Part shown: piece by piece, positions 37,610 to 45,799 of the stretch
Numbering within the stretch: the first letter of the stretch is position 1
Layout of the letters: every line of letters starts with the position of its first letter
Source: a virus
Taxonomy: Duplodnaviria; Caudoviricetes
Virus record (IMG/VR): IMGVR_UViG_2841481002_000004
Coordinates: 61 to 64,060 of that record
Reading direction: 5' to 3' (one strand)
Length of the DNA: 64,000 nt
Position numbers and translations under genes: made by a program
The notes under the pieces: generated by a model
Databases searched by the model: none
What the model saw: the letters and a program-made list of their open reading frames with translations, nothing else
What the model was told of the DNA's origin: nothing

Positions 37610-39232
37610 CTATCCCCGCCAGTCTGGTGGCGGTGCTTCCTGGTACGAATTGGTGTTGGCGACGCTGTCGAGCAGGCCCATCTCTTTGGCCTGGGCCCAC
37701 TGCCGCAGAGCGTCAGCGCCTTCGCTGCAGCCGTTGGACTTGTCGGGGACATCGAGGTAGCGCTTCTCGCTCTCGCTGTACTTCTTGCGATAGTTCTGGA
37801 TGCGGGCGATGCCCTGTTCGCAGCCCTTGCGGTCGAAGTAGGCGCCTTTGATGTGTTTGCGCACGGCATAGATGCCGGTGATCAGCTCGGTGATGCGCGG
37901 CACCACGAAGAAGGTTTGCCCCGGCATCAGCGATTCGAGCTGCTGTTTGGTGCTGCGGTTGGTATCGCTCAGTCGGCGATGGTCCGCGTCGTGCGGCAGG
38001 AAATGAGCCCCGAAGAGGTAGCCCTTCGCCTGCAGGTGAGCCACGTAGTGGCGGAGGTCTTCCCCATGCTCCTCGTAGTACCCGATGAACCGGTCCTCGT
38101 TTCGCAGCAGTTGCATGAACCAGATCGCAGTGCCGTCCGAGTTGCCTATGTCCCAGAAGGTGTACACGGGCAGGTCCAGTACCGGCACTTCCGTGATTCC
38201 GCCGCGCTTGCGCAGCAGCACCATGTCCTTGGCGTAGTAGTTGCCCTTCGTGGACACCTGGAAAGCCTCTTCCGGGGTGCTCGGGTACTCCTGCCACATG
38301 CGCTCCTCGGCGCTGGAGAAGTCGGCCTCCAGCGTCGCGACGTACCACGCGCGCTGCCCAGGGTCGATCTTGCAGCCCATCGTCTGCTCGATCTCTTCGA
38401 AGTATTCGTGCTGCTCGCGCGAGACGGCGACCATGGACGGATCCATGGTGTATTTGGGCTCCTGCCACCACGGGAAGAAGTGAAAGCGGTAGTCGCGCTC
38501 GGTGAGCCGCCGCGAGCTGTGGTGCAGCGACTGGGCGCGGTTGCAGATGTCGTAGAACTCGCCCTGTTTGCCTTCCGCCGTGCTCTCGATCACCAGAATG
38601 CCATTCAGCGGCACGGCGGGAATCGAGCCCGTGATGACCTCGGCGGCCTTCTGCGGGTACTTTGCGCAGATCTTCCCGAACTCGCTGATGTGCAGCCGGT
38701 GGTACGTCCCGGACCGCATGGACGTGCCCACGCGCACGCTACTGTTGTTGTGCGCGAACAGTAGCTCCGTCTTGCTGTCGGTGGCCAGGGGGAACCGCTG
38801 CCGAATCTCCGCCGGGAGGTTGTCGTAGGCGAATTTGACCTTGTCGCGAAAGATCGCCTCCGCCGCGTCGCGGTCCTGGGCGATCATCCCGCAACGCTGG
38901 TTCGCATTGAAGAGGGCGTGGTCCAGCCACACCAAGGCGATGAGCGTGGTGAAGCCGAGCTGCCTCGCCTTCAGGATCACATTGCGGTGCCACAGGCGAG
39001 CCATGAACCGCCGCTGTGCCCGGTTCGGCCTGAACGGAAGGACGAAGCTCTCTCCCTCCTCGATCACGCCGTCCGCGGCCACCTTGTCGTCGCCCTTGAC
39101 GATGATTTTGTACAGGCATCCAGAGAACAGCCGCCACTCGGGATCGCGCAGGCAACGCTCCAGCTCCGCCGCGTCGGTGGGCAGGGGCAGGAGCGGCGTT
39201 TCAGCCGCGATGACGGGCGCGCTGTAGGTCAT
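37610..39232 (-). CDS. terL: Terminase large subunit
   Basis: Walker A-like ILKARQLGFTT, HISEF, IESTAEG, FWDIG nuclease motif. Confidence 0.92.
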   Translation of the reverse strand: MTYSAPVIAAETPLLPLPTDAAELERCLRDPEWRLFSGCLYKIIVKGDDKVAADGVIEEGESFVLPFRPNRAQRRFMARLWHRNVILKARQLGFTTLIALVWLDHALFNANQRCGMIAQDRDAAEAIFRDKVKFAYDNLPAEIRQRFPLATDSKTELLFAHNNSSVRVGTSMRSGTYHRLHISEFGKICAKYPQKAAEVITGSIPAVPLNGILVIESTAEGKQGEFYDICNRAQSLHHSSRRLTERDYRFHFFPWWQEPKYTMDPSMVAVSREQHEYFEEIEQTMGCKIDPGQRAWYVATLEADFSSAEERMWQEYPSTPEEAFQVSTKGNYYAKDMVLLRKRGGITEVPVLDLPVYTFWDIGNSDGTAIWFMQLLRNEDRFIGYYEEHGEDLRHYVAHLQAKGYLFGAHFLPHDADHRRLSDTNRSTKQQLESLMPGQTFFVVPRITELITGIYAVRKHIKGAYFDRKGCEQGIARIQNYRKKYSESEKRYLDVPDKSNGCSEGADALRQWAQAKEMGLLDSVANTNSYQEAPPPDWRG

Positions 39233-39235
39233 CCG

Positions 39236-40261
39236 TCAATCCCGCTCGGCATCGGGCCGCGGCAGGAAGGCGCTCGGCCGATCGCCCGCGACGGGCCTTT
39301 CGGGATCCACCGCCTTGGGAGCGAAGCCATTCGAGGCGCCGCCGGCAATGGCGTGCAGCAGCGCGGCCAGCGGGTCCGTTTGCTGCTGGTTGTCCTTCTC
39401 GTACAGGCCCAGGTGCCGAAACAGCTTCTCGGCGAACACGCCCTTGTCATGCATCTGGACCTCGATGCCGTGCTTGCCGTGCTTGGCGCCTGCGTAGAGT
39501 GCGAGTGTCGCTGGGGACAGGCTTCGTGTGTCCCCGAGGACAACACGGGGACATCCATCGCCATGGCACTCGGGGCAGAGCGGGTGCGGAGCGCGCAGCG
39601 GCGAGTAGCCGATACCGCCCTCCTCCTCCCAGTCCACGTCCTTTCCGCCAGTGGCGCGAAAGCGGGACCGCTCGGTGTTGTATTCGGCCAGGGTGCGCTG
39701 GCGCTTGTGGCCTTCGCCATGGCAGTAGCGGCAGCAGCCCACTTTCACCTGCACGAGGTCGCGCGGGTCGGCGGTGACGATGTTCCAGGCCTCCAGCACC
39801 ACGCGGTCCGCGCTGATCTGCGTGCGCTCTTGCTGAGCCTTGCGCGCTTCCGCAATGGCCGCCTGGATCTGAGGTCTTCTGAGGAGGTCGTAAGACTGTT
39901 CGGCTGCCGTGTGCGCGCTGTAGCCGGCGCGGATGGCAGCCTGGGTGCCGTTGAGGTCGATCAGGTATTCGTCGATGAAGCGCTGCTGCTTGGGGCTCAC
40001 TGCGAGTGCGCTTGCCGACGCAGGCGCAGGCACCACGGGGTGCGTGTCAGCGTCCTGGGGCGCATTGGAGGGAGCGGCAGTGGGGGTGCTGGTGCTCTTG
40101 GGTGCGCGAGCCTTCTTGGGCGGCTTCTCGCTCGATGCCGGCGCAGGGCTGCCGGCGCGCGGCTTCCTGGCGGCCGGCGTCTTCGGCTTGCTGGTGGCGG
40201 GTGCTGCCTTCTTGGCGGCGGGGGTGGGCTTCGCGCTCTTGCGCGCGGGGGGTGTCGGCAT
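39236..40261 (-). CDS. terS: Terminase small subunit
   Basis: SPKQQRFIDEYLIDLNGTQAAIRAGYS; CxxC-type zinc motifs; K/A/P-rich N-terminal tail. Confidence 0.88.
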   Translation of the reverse strand: MPTPPARKSAKPTPAAKKAAPATSKPKTPAARKPRAGSPAPASSEKPPKKARAPKSTSTPTAAPSNAPQDADTHPVVPAPASASALAVSPKQQRFIDEYLIDLNGTQAAIRAGYSAHTAAEQSYDLLRRPQIQAAIAEARKAQQERTQISADRVVLEAWNIVTADPRDLVQVKVGCCRYCHGEGHKRQRTLAEYNTERSRFRATGGKDVDWEEEGGIGYSPLRAPHPLCPECHGDGCPRVVLGDTRSLSPATLALYAGAKHGKHGIEVQMHDKGVFAEKLFRHLGLYEKDNQQQTDPLAALLHAIAGGASNGFAPKAVDPERPVAGDRPSAFLPRPDAERD

Positions 40262-40306
40262 GGCCGCGAGTCTTTTGGCTCGCTGGCCTCCTGTCCAACA
40301 CTACAG
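40261..40306 (-). promoter_or_regulatory. Late-promoter motif 5 (terS; leaderless)
   Basis: CTGTAG(40306-40301)-TGTTGGACA...AAGACT-7 nt-ATG(40261). Confidence 0.7.
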
Positions 40307-40347
40307 GTTGCGCGGCGCCGGGGCTGGCGCCTGGGCACATGGTTCCG

Positions 40348-40746
40348 TCAACGACGATAGGGGTTGTATCCCTCTCCGCCTTCGTTCTGAACCTCGTCGT
40401 GCCATCGAGCCAGGCGCTCGCGTTCTGCGATCTTCGGTGCGTCAGCGCGCAGCCGGGCCATTTCCGCCTCGTGCGCAACGCGCCTGCGCTCTTCGAGAAC
40501 CGCCTTTGCACGCTGCTCCTCCTCGCGCAGCGCAGCCCAGAAGGCGCGAGCGTCGCGCTCCACGTCCTCAGGGAGCGGGTCGGAGCCCCAACCCGGCTTC
40601 AGGTATGCCATCTGGTAGATCGAGCGGCCAGCCTGAGAGTCCTTGATATAGCCGTCCGCGCCCCAGAACCAGCTGTACCGCCCGTCCTTGGACTGCGCGT
40701 TGGCGGGGGTTCCGTCACTGTGGCGCTCGGTGATGATGATTTCCAT
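40348..40746 (-). CDS. Hypothetical protein (moron cassette gene A, 132 aa)
   Basis: Strong AAGGGAAGGAAA RBS; MEIIITERHSDG...NEGGEGYNPYRR. Confidence 0.7.
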   Translation of the reverse strand: MEIIITERHSDGTPANAQSKDGRYSWFWGADGYIKDSQAGRSIYQMAYLKPGWGSDPLPEDVERDARAFWAALREEEQRAKAVLEERRRVAHEAEMARLRADAPKIAERERLARWHDEVQNEGGEGYNPYRR

Positions 40747-40772
40747 TTTCCTTCCCTTCCTTGTCGTGTCAT

Positions 40773-40885
40773 TGTCGCAGGGACGTCCTTCGTTTGTCCC
40801 TGGGTACGTCTTCGGAATGTCCTTGGGGACAGCGTTTTTTGTCACAGGGGACGCGATACCGGTTTCAGCTCTGTCCCGGGTACGC
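40773..40885. repeat. Iteron-like array outside the origin
   Basis: TGTCGCAGGGACG 40773, TGTCCCTGGGTACG 40795, TGTCCTTGGGGACA 40818, TGTCACAGGGGACG 40840 (22-23 bp period), plus TGTCCCGGGTACG 40872. Confidence 0.7.
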
Positions 40886-41219
40886 ACGCGACGCCGCCTG
40901 GAAATCGAACTTCCCACATTCCGTCGTAGTAGTGGCGGACGATGGTTCCCCTGTAGTCTCCATGCTGCACCTCATCCCCCTGGACGAAACCCAGTCCATA
41001 GGCGGCTGCGAAGGCAGTCTGGTTCGCGTACTCTTCCCGCGGTCCGCCGGTGTGACCAGCGAGTGTTTTAAAAACGAACACCTCCCCGTTTTCGTCTTCA
41101 TGACAGCGGATGCCCGTACCCACGCAGCCGTCCAGCCGCATGAACACGTTGTTGAGGTTGCACATGGCGCTGTAAACAGCTTCGGCCTGGGCTTGGGTGA
41201 GGATGCGTGATGTGGACAT
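40842..41219 (-). CDS. Hypothetical protein (moron cassette gene B, 125 aa)
   Basis: CAGGAG RBS; TTGCGG-N17-CACAAT promoter; C-terminal SH3-like beta segment. Confidence 0.7.
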   Translation of the reverse strand: MSTSRILTQAQAEAVYSAMCNLNNVFMRLDGCVGTGIRCHEDENGEVFVFKTLAGHTGGPREEYANQTAFAAAYGLGFVQGDEVQHGDYRGTIVRHYYDGMWEVRFPGGVACVPGTELKPVSRPL

Positions 41220-41244
41220 TTCCAGCTCCTGTTGCGATGTCACT

Positions 41245-41262
41245 ATTGTGTGCGCACACAAT
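41245..41262. promoter_or_regulatory. Perfect 18-bp palindromic operator over the -10 of gene B
   Basis: ATTGTGTGC|GCACACAAT. Confidence 0.7.
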
Positions 41263-41331
41263 TAGCCCCGCAAGCAATAACCCGGAGGCGCTGCAGGTTA
41301 TTTTGTACGCACGTTATTGCTAGAATTGCGC

Positions 41332-41532
41332 ATGGACGATGTACAAGGAAAGCCGCGCCAACGCGCGCCCGGCGCGGGCCGGAAACCGATAGATCCGTCT
41401 GGCGAAAACCTGGTGGCGGTGAACACGCGGATGACCGTCGCGCAGCGTGAAAAATTCAAGGAACTGGGTGGCTCGGGTTGGCTGCGTCGCAAGATTGACG
41501 AAGCCCCCACCTCCCCCAGGTCGAAGTCTTAG
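41332..41532 (+). CDS. Small ribbon-helix-helix-like regulator
   Basis: GAGRKP..VAVNTRMTVAQREKFKELGGSGWLRRKID; extended -10 TGcTAGAAT (41318-41326) just upstream of the ATG. Confidence 0.65.
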   Translation: MDDVQGKPRQRAPGAGRKPIDPSGENLVAVNTRMTVAQREKFKELGGSGWLRRKIDEAPTSPRSKS

Positions 41533-41598
41533 GATGTGCAAAGCCCCCGCGCCGGCATGGCTGCGGGGGCTCTGTGGACATGGTCGGTCCGGCCGCTG

Positions 41599-42063
41599 CT
41601 ACCGCTGCTTCGCACGCTCCAGCGCTCGGACACGGTCGGCGAGCGCACTATGCACCTCGGCGGCTTGGCGGTTGCCCTCAATGGCCGTGAGCTGCGCCAG
41701 GGGGCCGGCCTGCAACTGGGAGAGCATCCGGTCCTCGTGAGGCGTGAGCAGGAGCACCACGTCCCCGATTTCGATCTTGACCGAACCGTCCGGCAACAGC
41801 GTCTTGCTGATGGCGCGAGACTCAGGCCATGCCACCACGGGCACGTACACGCCGCGCTGATCGCGCCGCACAAGGCCCTGGTTGATGAGGAAGCGGATGC
41901 GTTCATCGATCACGTGCAGGCGCAGGTTCGTGGCCTGCTCCAGCGTCTCCCTGGTCACCAGCTGCTGCAGGCCGTGAAGGTCGCGCACGGCCTCCAGGAC
42001 TTTCATGGTGCTGGATGTGGCCCGTTGCTGTTCGGTGTCGTCAATGGTGGTGTCCGTGTTCAT
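41599..42063 (-). CDS. Winged-helix DNA-binding protein, candidate late activator
   Basis: VLEAVRDLHGLQQLVTRETLEQATNLRLHVIDERIRFLINQGLVRRDQRGVY; last gene of the PR operon. Confidence 0.6.
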   Translation of the reverse strand: MNTDTTIDDTEQQRATSSTMKVLEAVRDLHGLQQLVTRETLEQATNLRLHVIDERIRFLINQGLVRRDQRGVYVPVVAWPESRAISKTLLPDGSVKIEIGDVVLLLTPHEDRMLSQLQAGPLAQLTAIEGNRQAAEVHSALADRVRALERAKQR

Positions 42064-42578
42064 GCCCGGGTGCTCCTGTTCTTCTCTCGATAAATTCCTG
42101 CCGGGGGAACCGGCAACTTCCGTGGCCACAGGCCGAGGGCCTGGATCTGCGCCTGGGTCTCGCGCACCCAGCGGTCGGCAGCGGCGCGGTGGGCCTCGCG
42201 GCCGCCCGGCATCAGCCGGTATTGGTCGAATGCTGCGTGGCACCCCTCCTCGCCAAGCCGCGGGGCGCACAGCGGAAAGCCGCTGCGGTCATCCACCTTG
42301 ATGCCCATCCCCTTGCCTTCGTTCGCGTGGGCGTGCTGACTGGACCCGACAAGTCCGCACCATGCGCAAGGCAGCGAGGCCACGGCGCGTCGGTACGCCT
42401 CGCTCCGCAGCAGCTCCTCTTTCGGGACAGGCGCAGCGGAAGCGCCGCAGGCAGAAAGCACGGACGCCCGGGGCGTGCAGCTCGCCATGAGCCGGGCGGC
42501 ACGCTCCTCCAACCGCTTTTCGCGGTCCTGGGGTGCGGGCGCTGGGCGCTCACGGCGCCTGAATCCGGTGCGCTTCAT
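42060..42578 (-). CDS. Nin-region zinc/HNH-like protein (DUF968/NinG-like)
   Basis: RSEAYRRAVASLPCAWCG...QHAH..GKGMGIKVDD...PLC...CH. Confidence 0.6.
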   Translation of the reverse strand: MKRTGFRRRERPAPAPQDREKRLEERAARLMASCTPRASVLSACGASAAPVPKEELLRSEAYRRAVASLPCAWCGLVGSSQHAHANEGKGMGIKVDDRSGFPLCAPRLGEEGCHAAFDQYRLMPGGREAHRAAADRWVRETQAQIQALGLWPRKLPVPPAGIYREKNRSTRA

Positions 42579-42913
42579 CGGAGCGTCCTATCCTGGGCGC
42601 GATCGTTGGCGTTCTGGCTGCGCCAGACTTCAACGCGCAGCTGCGCCCCTGTCATCTGCCAGCGCAGCGCTTCTTCAAGCTCCGTGGCCGCACGCAGCCC
42701 CTCCAGCAGCTCGATGTATTCGGGGTGGCTGTACGCGTACGCTTCCTTCGCCGCGTAGGCTTTCTCTTGGCACTGGTTCATCAGGAGGGCTTTCTTCGAC
42801 TTGCGGAACTGCTCGATGAAGACCCGGTTGGCCTTTGCCTGGGCGTACTTCTTCGAGCTGCCGATCATGAAATCGACGGCCTTGTTCGGATCAACGGGGC
42901 GGGTCACAGCCAT
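42575..42913 (-). CDS. Coiled-coil protein (UvsY-like recombination mediator, tentative)
   Basis: AQAKANRVFIEQFRKSKKALLM..EAYAYSHPEY..WRSQNAN. Confidence 0.55.
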   Translation of the reverse strand: MAVTRPVDPNKAVDFMIGSSKKYAQAKANRVFIEQFRKSKKALLMNQCQEKAYAAKEAYAYSHPEYIELLEGLRAATELEEALRWQMTGAQLRVEVWRSQNANDRAQDRTLR

Positions 42914-43101
42914 ACGCCCTCCTTCCCCACGTTGCCCCTTTCCCGCTGCTCCGCAATGTCAGCAATGAGCGCGGCACGGCGCCCCTTCACCTTCGGGTCG
43001 TTCAGGTAGGCCACCACCCACTCGCGGCCAGGCTTCTCGTAGGCGCGTATGAGCATGCGCACTTCGCAGCGATGCCGCTCGGTTTCGAAGTCTTGCCTCA
43101 T
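42904..43101 (-). CDS. Small hypothetical protein (65 aa)
   Basis: ATGA-coupled; ERHRCEVR...KGRRAALIADIAEQRERGNVGKEGVWL. Confidence 0.65.
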   Translation of the reverse strand: MRQDFETERHRCEVRMLIRAYEKPGREWVVAYLNDPKVKGRRAALIADIAEQRERGNVGKEGVWL

Positions 43102-43814
43102 GGCTTGGCACCCCGCTGAAGCAACCCGGTGAACATGCCGGCGAAAGGCGTGTCGTATTCCTTCCAGATGCGATTCAGCCGGATGGCGCTGATGGTGGCC
43201 TCGCTGACGCCCCAACGCTTAGATGCTTTGGCAACCGTCTCGGTACTGGCACGGATGGCACGCGCTGCCTCCAAATCGAGCTTCGCGCGGCTCTTCCGCC
43301 GGCCCTCCGCGATGTGAGCACGGTGCAAGTTGCTGATCGGCTTTCCCCGTTTGGCGGTCAACCGCGGTTGCGACTTCATGTGCTCGACACGCAAACACGC
43401 TTCGTTGCCGCACGCGAGCTTGATCGACCGGTATTTGGCGATCCGCTTTCCCTTGATGCCCGACCAGACGATCCGACGGGCGGACACGGGGTGCATTTCC
43501 GACGATGGGCGGAACATCGGACCGCGCTCGGGCTCCACGTGTCCCTGCCATTCAAGGCAGCCGGCATCGGTCTCGATGCACCGATTGAAGATGCGCTCCA
43601 GTAGGTAGCTTTCAGAAGGCGTCCAGTCCTTGGCGACGTAGCTCTGCTCCCGCCCCAGATGGATCAACCGGATGAGCCCTTCCGACACCAAGCCATCAAC
43701 GATGCGCCGAAGCGGCTTCCTGTAGCGCCCCACCAGGTCGCCAGCGAGATCCTGGAATCTGGTCGGGCCCGAGAGCACCGCGGCCAGCACGCTTTCGCGG
43801 GTGTGCTCAGACAT
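43098..43814 (-). CDS. HTH/degenerate HNH DNA-binding protein
   Basis: CLEWQG...CGNEACLRVEHM...WGVSEATISAIRLNRIW. Confidence 0.6.
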   Translation of the reverse strand: MSEHTRESVLAAVLSGPTRFQDLAGDLVGRYRKPLRRIVDGLVSEGLIRLIHLGREQSYVAKDWTPSESYLLERIFNRCIETDAGCLEWQGHVEPERGPMFRPSSEMHPVSARRIVWSGIKGKRIAKYRSIKLACGNEACLRVEHMKSQPRLTAKRGKPISNLHRAHIAEGRRKSRAKLDLEAARAIRASTETVAKASKRWGVSEATISAIRLNRIWKEYDTPFAGMFTGLLQRGAKP

Positions 43815-44466
43815 CGGTAGCCCCCATGGCAAGGCGAGCCTTTGGCGATGCCAGCAGCGCGGTAATGCTGGTGGTGATGGCCGTCTTGCCGGCCTTGCTG
43901 CCGCCTTGGTACACGAGGCGCGCGCGCTCCACGTCGCCGACGATCACGGGCTTCGGCGGCTTCAGGCCGTACTTTGCGTACTCGCCCGCGCCGTCAGCCG
44001 CCCCCTGCAGCATGCGGGGGTAGTCGAACGATTCGAGCCGCGTGTAGGCACGGTGTGCCTCCAGGAAACGGTGCTGCACGTGCCCCATTTCTGGCAGCGG
44101 CATGCGGCAGAGCTTGGACCAGCCCCCGAGGTCTTCGATGACCGCGTGGATTGCCGGATCATCGAACACCACGTTCTGCCACGCGCCCACGCGGCTCATG
44201 GCATCGTGGCACTTGCCCCAGGCCACGGCCGCGCGGTCGGTGGCGGTGCCTTGCAGCAGCCGCGCCACGTCGGCCACCCCGATAGGGAACTTGCCATGTT
44301 CGGGGTCCGCAATGTGCCGGTTGATGGCCTTCTTGATCTGCTCGAAGTCGAACGGTCGGCACGCGTTCCACCACACGTCCAGCACGAAATCGCTGATGTC
44401 CTGCCGGTAGTAGGCCATCGTCGCGGTCACCATCACGGCAAAGTCTTCGCGGTCCTCGTCACGCAT
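43807..44466 (-). CDS. Replication-associated protein (DUF6475-like, helicase-loader position)
   Basis: FEQIKKAINRHIADPEHGKFP..AVAWGK..VVFDDPAIHAVIEDLGGW; directly after rep. Confidence 0.65.
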   Translation of the reverse strand: MRDEDREDFAVMVTATMAYYRQDISDFVLDVWWNACRPFDFEQIKKAINRHIADPEHGKFPIGVADVARLLQGTATDRAAVAWGKCHDAMSRVGAWQNVVFDDPAIHAVIEDLGGWSKLCRMPLPEMGHVQHRFLEAHRAYTRLESFDYPRMLQGAADGAGEYAKYGLKPPKPVIVGDVERARLVYQGGSKAGKTAITTSITALLASPKARLAMGATDV

Positions 44467-45418
44467 TGCGCCCTCCTTTCGCCCAGGTCTTGGCGGTGGT
44501 CATGCCGCGCTGCTCCATCGCCTGCTGCTTATTCGGCCGCTCCCCCTTGATCCGCATGCACGCGGCTCGCAGGTACTCGCGAGCGTCTGCCGGCTGGGCC
44601 GTCACCGCGTTGGCGACGGCCTGTTGCACCACGGCAAAGTCGTAGTCCTGCACCAGCTTCCCCATGAAGGTCCGGCACTGGGACGCGGGGCATCCGCCGT
44701 GCTCCAGCACCGACACGGCGGCACGCCAAAGCTCGGCCTTCGCCATTTCCTCCGGCGTCTTCGGCTTCGCAGGCGGTGCTGGAGCGGCGGGAGGGGGGTT
44801 GCCCTCCGTACCTTTAGGTACGGAATAAAGGTCTCCCTGTCCCTGTCCCTCTCCCTGTCCCTTGGAGAGCGTTTCACCCGAGACATTGCCCCCCTGTCCC
44901 TTCTCGGGGTGGGGGATGTCCTTGGGGACATGCAGCGGCTGTCCCGCAGGACATCCCATGGACAACCACTCCTCATGCGAGGGACGTGGCACGTTGGCGC
45001 CGGGGTGACGATCGTTGTGCTTCTTGATGCGCGCGCACTCAGTCCGCCAGCGCTGCAGAAGTTTCGCCTTCCAGGCCTCGCGAGCTTTCTCGGCCACCAC
45101 CGGGTGATAGAGGCGGCCGTCCGCGCACATGACGAAATTGCGCAGCGCACCGTCGCGCACGGCAGTCCAGTCCTCGGAGATCCTGCCGCGCTGTGCGTAG
45201 CCCGCCTGCTTGGCGATCCACTGTTCGTTGTCGGGGATCGATCCGGCGGGCACCTGGTGCCAGGCCGCAGCCCACAGCAGCACGGCCGCCCAGCACACCT
45301 CCGGCGTCTCGTCCGAGGCCATGCCGCTGTCGCGCAGCCGCGCGACATCGAGCGGCATGAACGCGAAGTCGGAAAGGTCGCAGTCTGCCGGGGTCAGCGG
45401 TTCGGGAAACTCGTTCAC
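44459..45418 (-). CDS. Replication initiator (DUF1376/YdaU-like)
   Basis: LTPADCDLSDFAFMPLDVARLRDS..LLWAAAWHQVPAGSIPD..DGRLYHPVVAE; SKGQGEGQGQG linker. Confidence 0.8.
   Translation of the reverse strand: MNEFPEPLTPADCDLSDFAFMPLDVARLRDSGMASDETPEVCWAAVLLWAAAWHQVPAGSIPDNEQWIAKQAGYAQRGRISEDWTAVRDGALRNFVMCADGRLYHPVVAEKAREAWKAKLLQRWRTECARIKKHNDRHPGANVPRPSHEEWLSMGCPAGQPLHVPKDIPHPEKGQGGNVSGETLSKGQGEGQGQGDLYSVPKGTEGNPPPAAPAPPAKPKTPEEMAKAELWRAAVSVLEHGGCPASQCRTFMGKLVQDYDFAVVQQAVANAVTAQPADAREYLRAACMRIKGERPNKQQAMEQRGMTTAKTWAKGGRNA
44872..44953. promoter_or_regulatory. Putative replication origin iterons inside rep
   Basis: TGTCCTTGGGGACA 44917, TGTCCCGCAGGACA 44940, half-sites at 44872 and 44895 (22-23 bp period). 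Confidence 0.65.
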
Positions 45419-45585
45419 CCAGCCTCCGGCGAGAACTCGTCCATGTAGGCCGCGTTGAACTCCACCCACAGCGTGGAACCTGGTTCGTGATGGTTGGCCT
45501 CTTCGAGGGGAACACCCTGGCGGGCGGCTTCTCTGGCTCGCTCTGCGAGCAGTTCGGGGGTGAGCTTCCGAATGGGATCAGCCAT
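45415..45585 (-). CDS. Small protein between cro and rep (56 aa)
   Basis: MADPIRKLTPELLAERAREAARQG...; overlaps both neighbours. Confidence 0.6.
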   Translation of the reverse strand: MADPIRKLTPELLAERAREAARQGVPLEEANHHEPGSTLWVEFNAAYMDEFSPEAG

Positions 45586-45799
45586 TGGCAGACTCCTCCA
45601 GTTGTTCGTCATCAGCGTCCAACTGCGCGACCACATCCGCCGGCAGGTGCTTGCGCGCATAGACGCCGAGCACGCGATCAGCGATGCGCTTGGGCAGGCG
45701 ATCCGGCCATTTGTCCACCGCTTGGTAGGACACGCCCATGGCTTCCGCTGCAGCGGTAGTGGTCCCGCCGAGCAATTCAATGGCTTTGGTCTTCAACAT
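45578..45799 (-). CDS. cro: Cro-like repressor
   Basis: MLKTKAIELLGGTTTAAAEAMGVSYQAVDKW HTH; divergent from cI. Confidence 0.85.
   Translation of the reverse strand: MLKTKAIELLGGTTTAAAEAMGVSYQAVDKWPDRLPKRIADRVLGVYARKHLPADVVAQLDADDEQLEESANG

Noticed and set aside
40773-40885. Iteron array as a CRISPR array
   Set aside because: Repeats are 13-14 bp with 8-9 bp gaps, far too short, and no cas genes are present
44836-44864. CCTGTC-like hexamer tandem in rep
   Set aside because: Explained by the GQGEGQGQG linker coding; may adjoin the origin but is not a separate element
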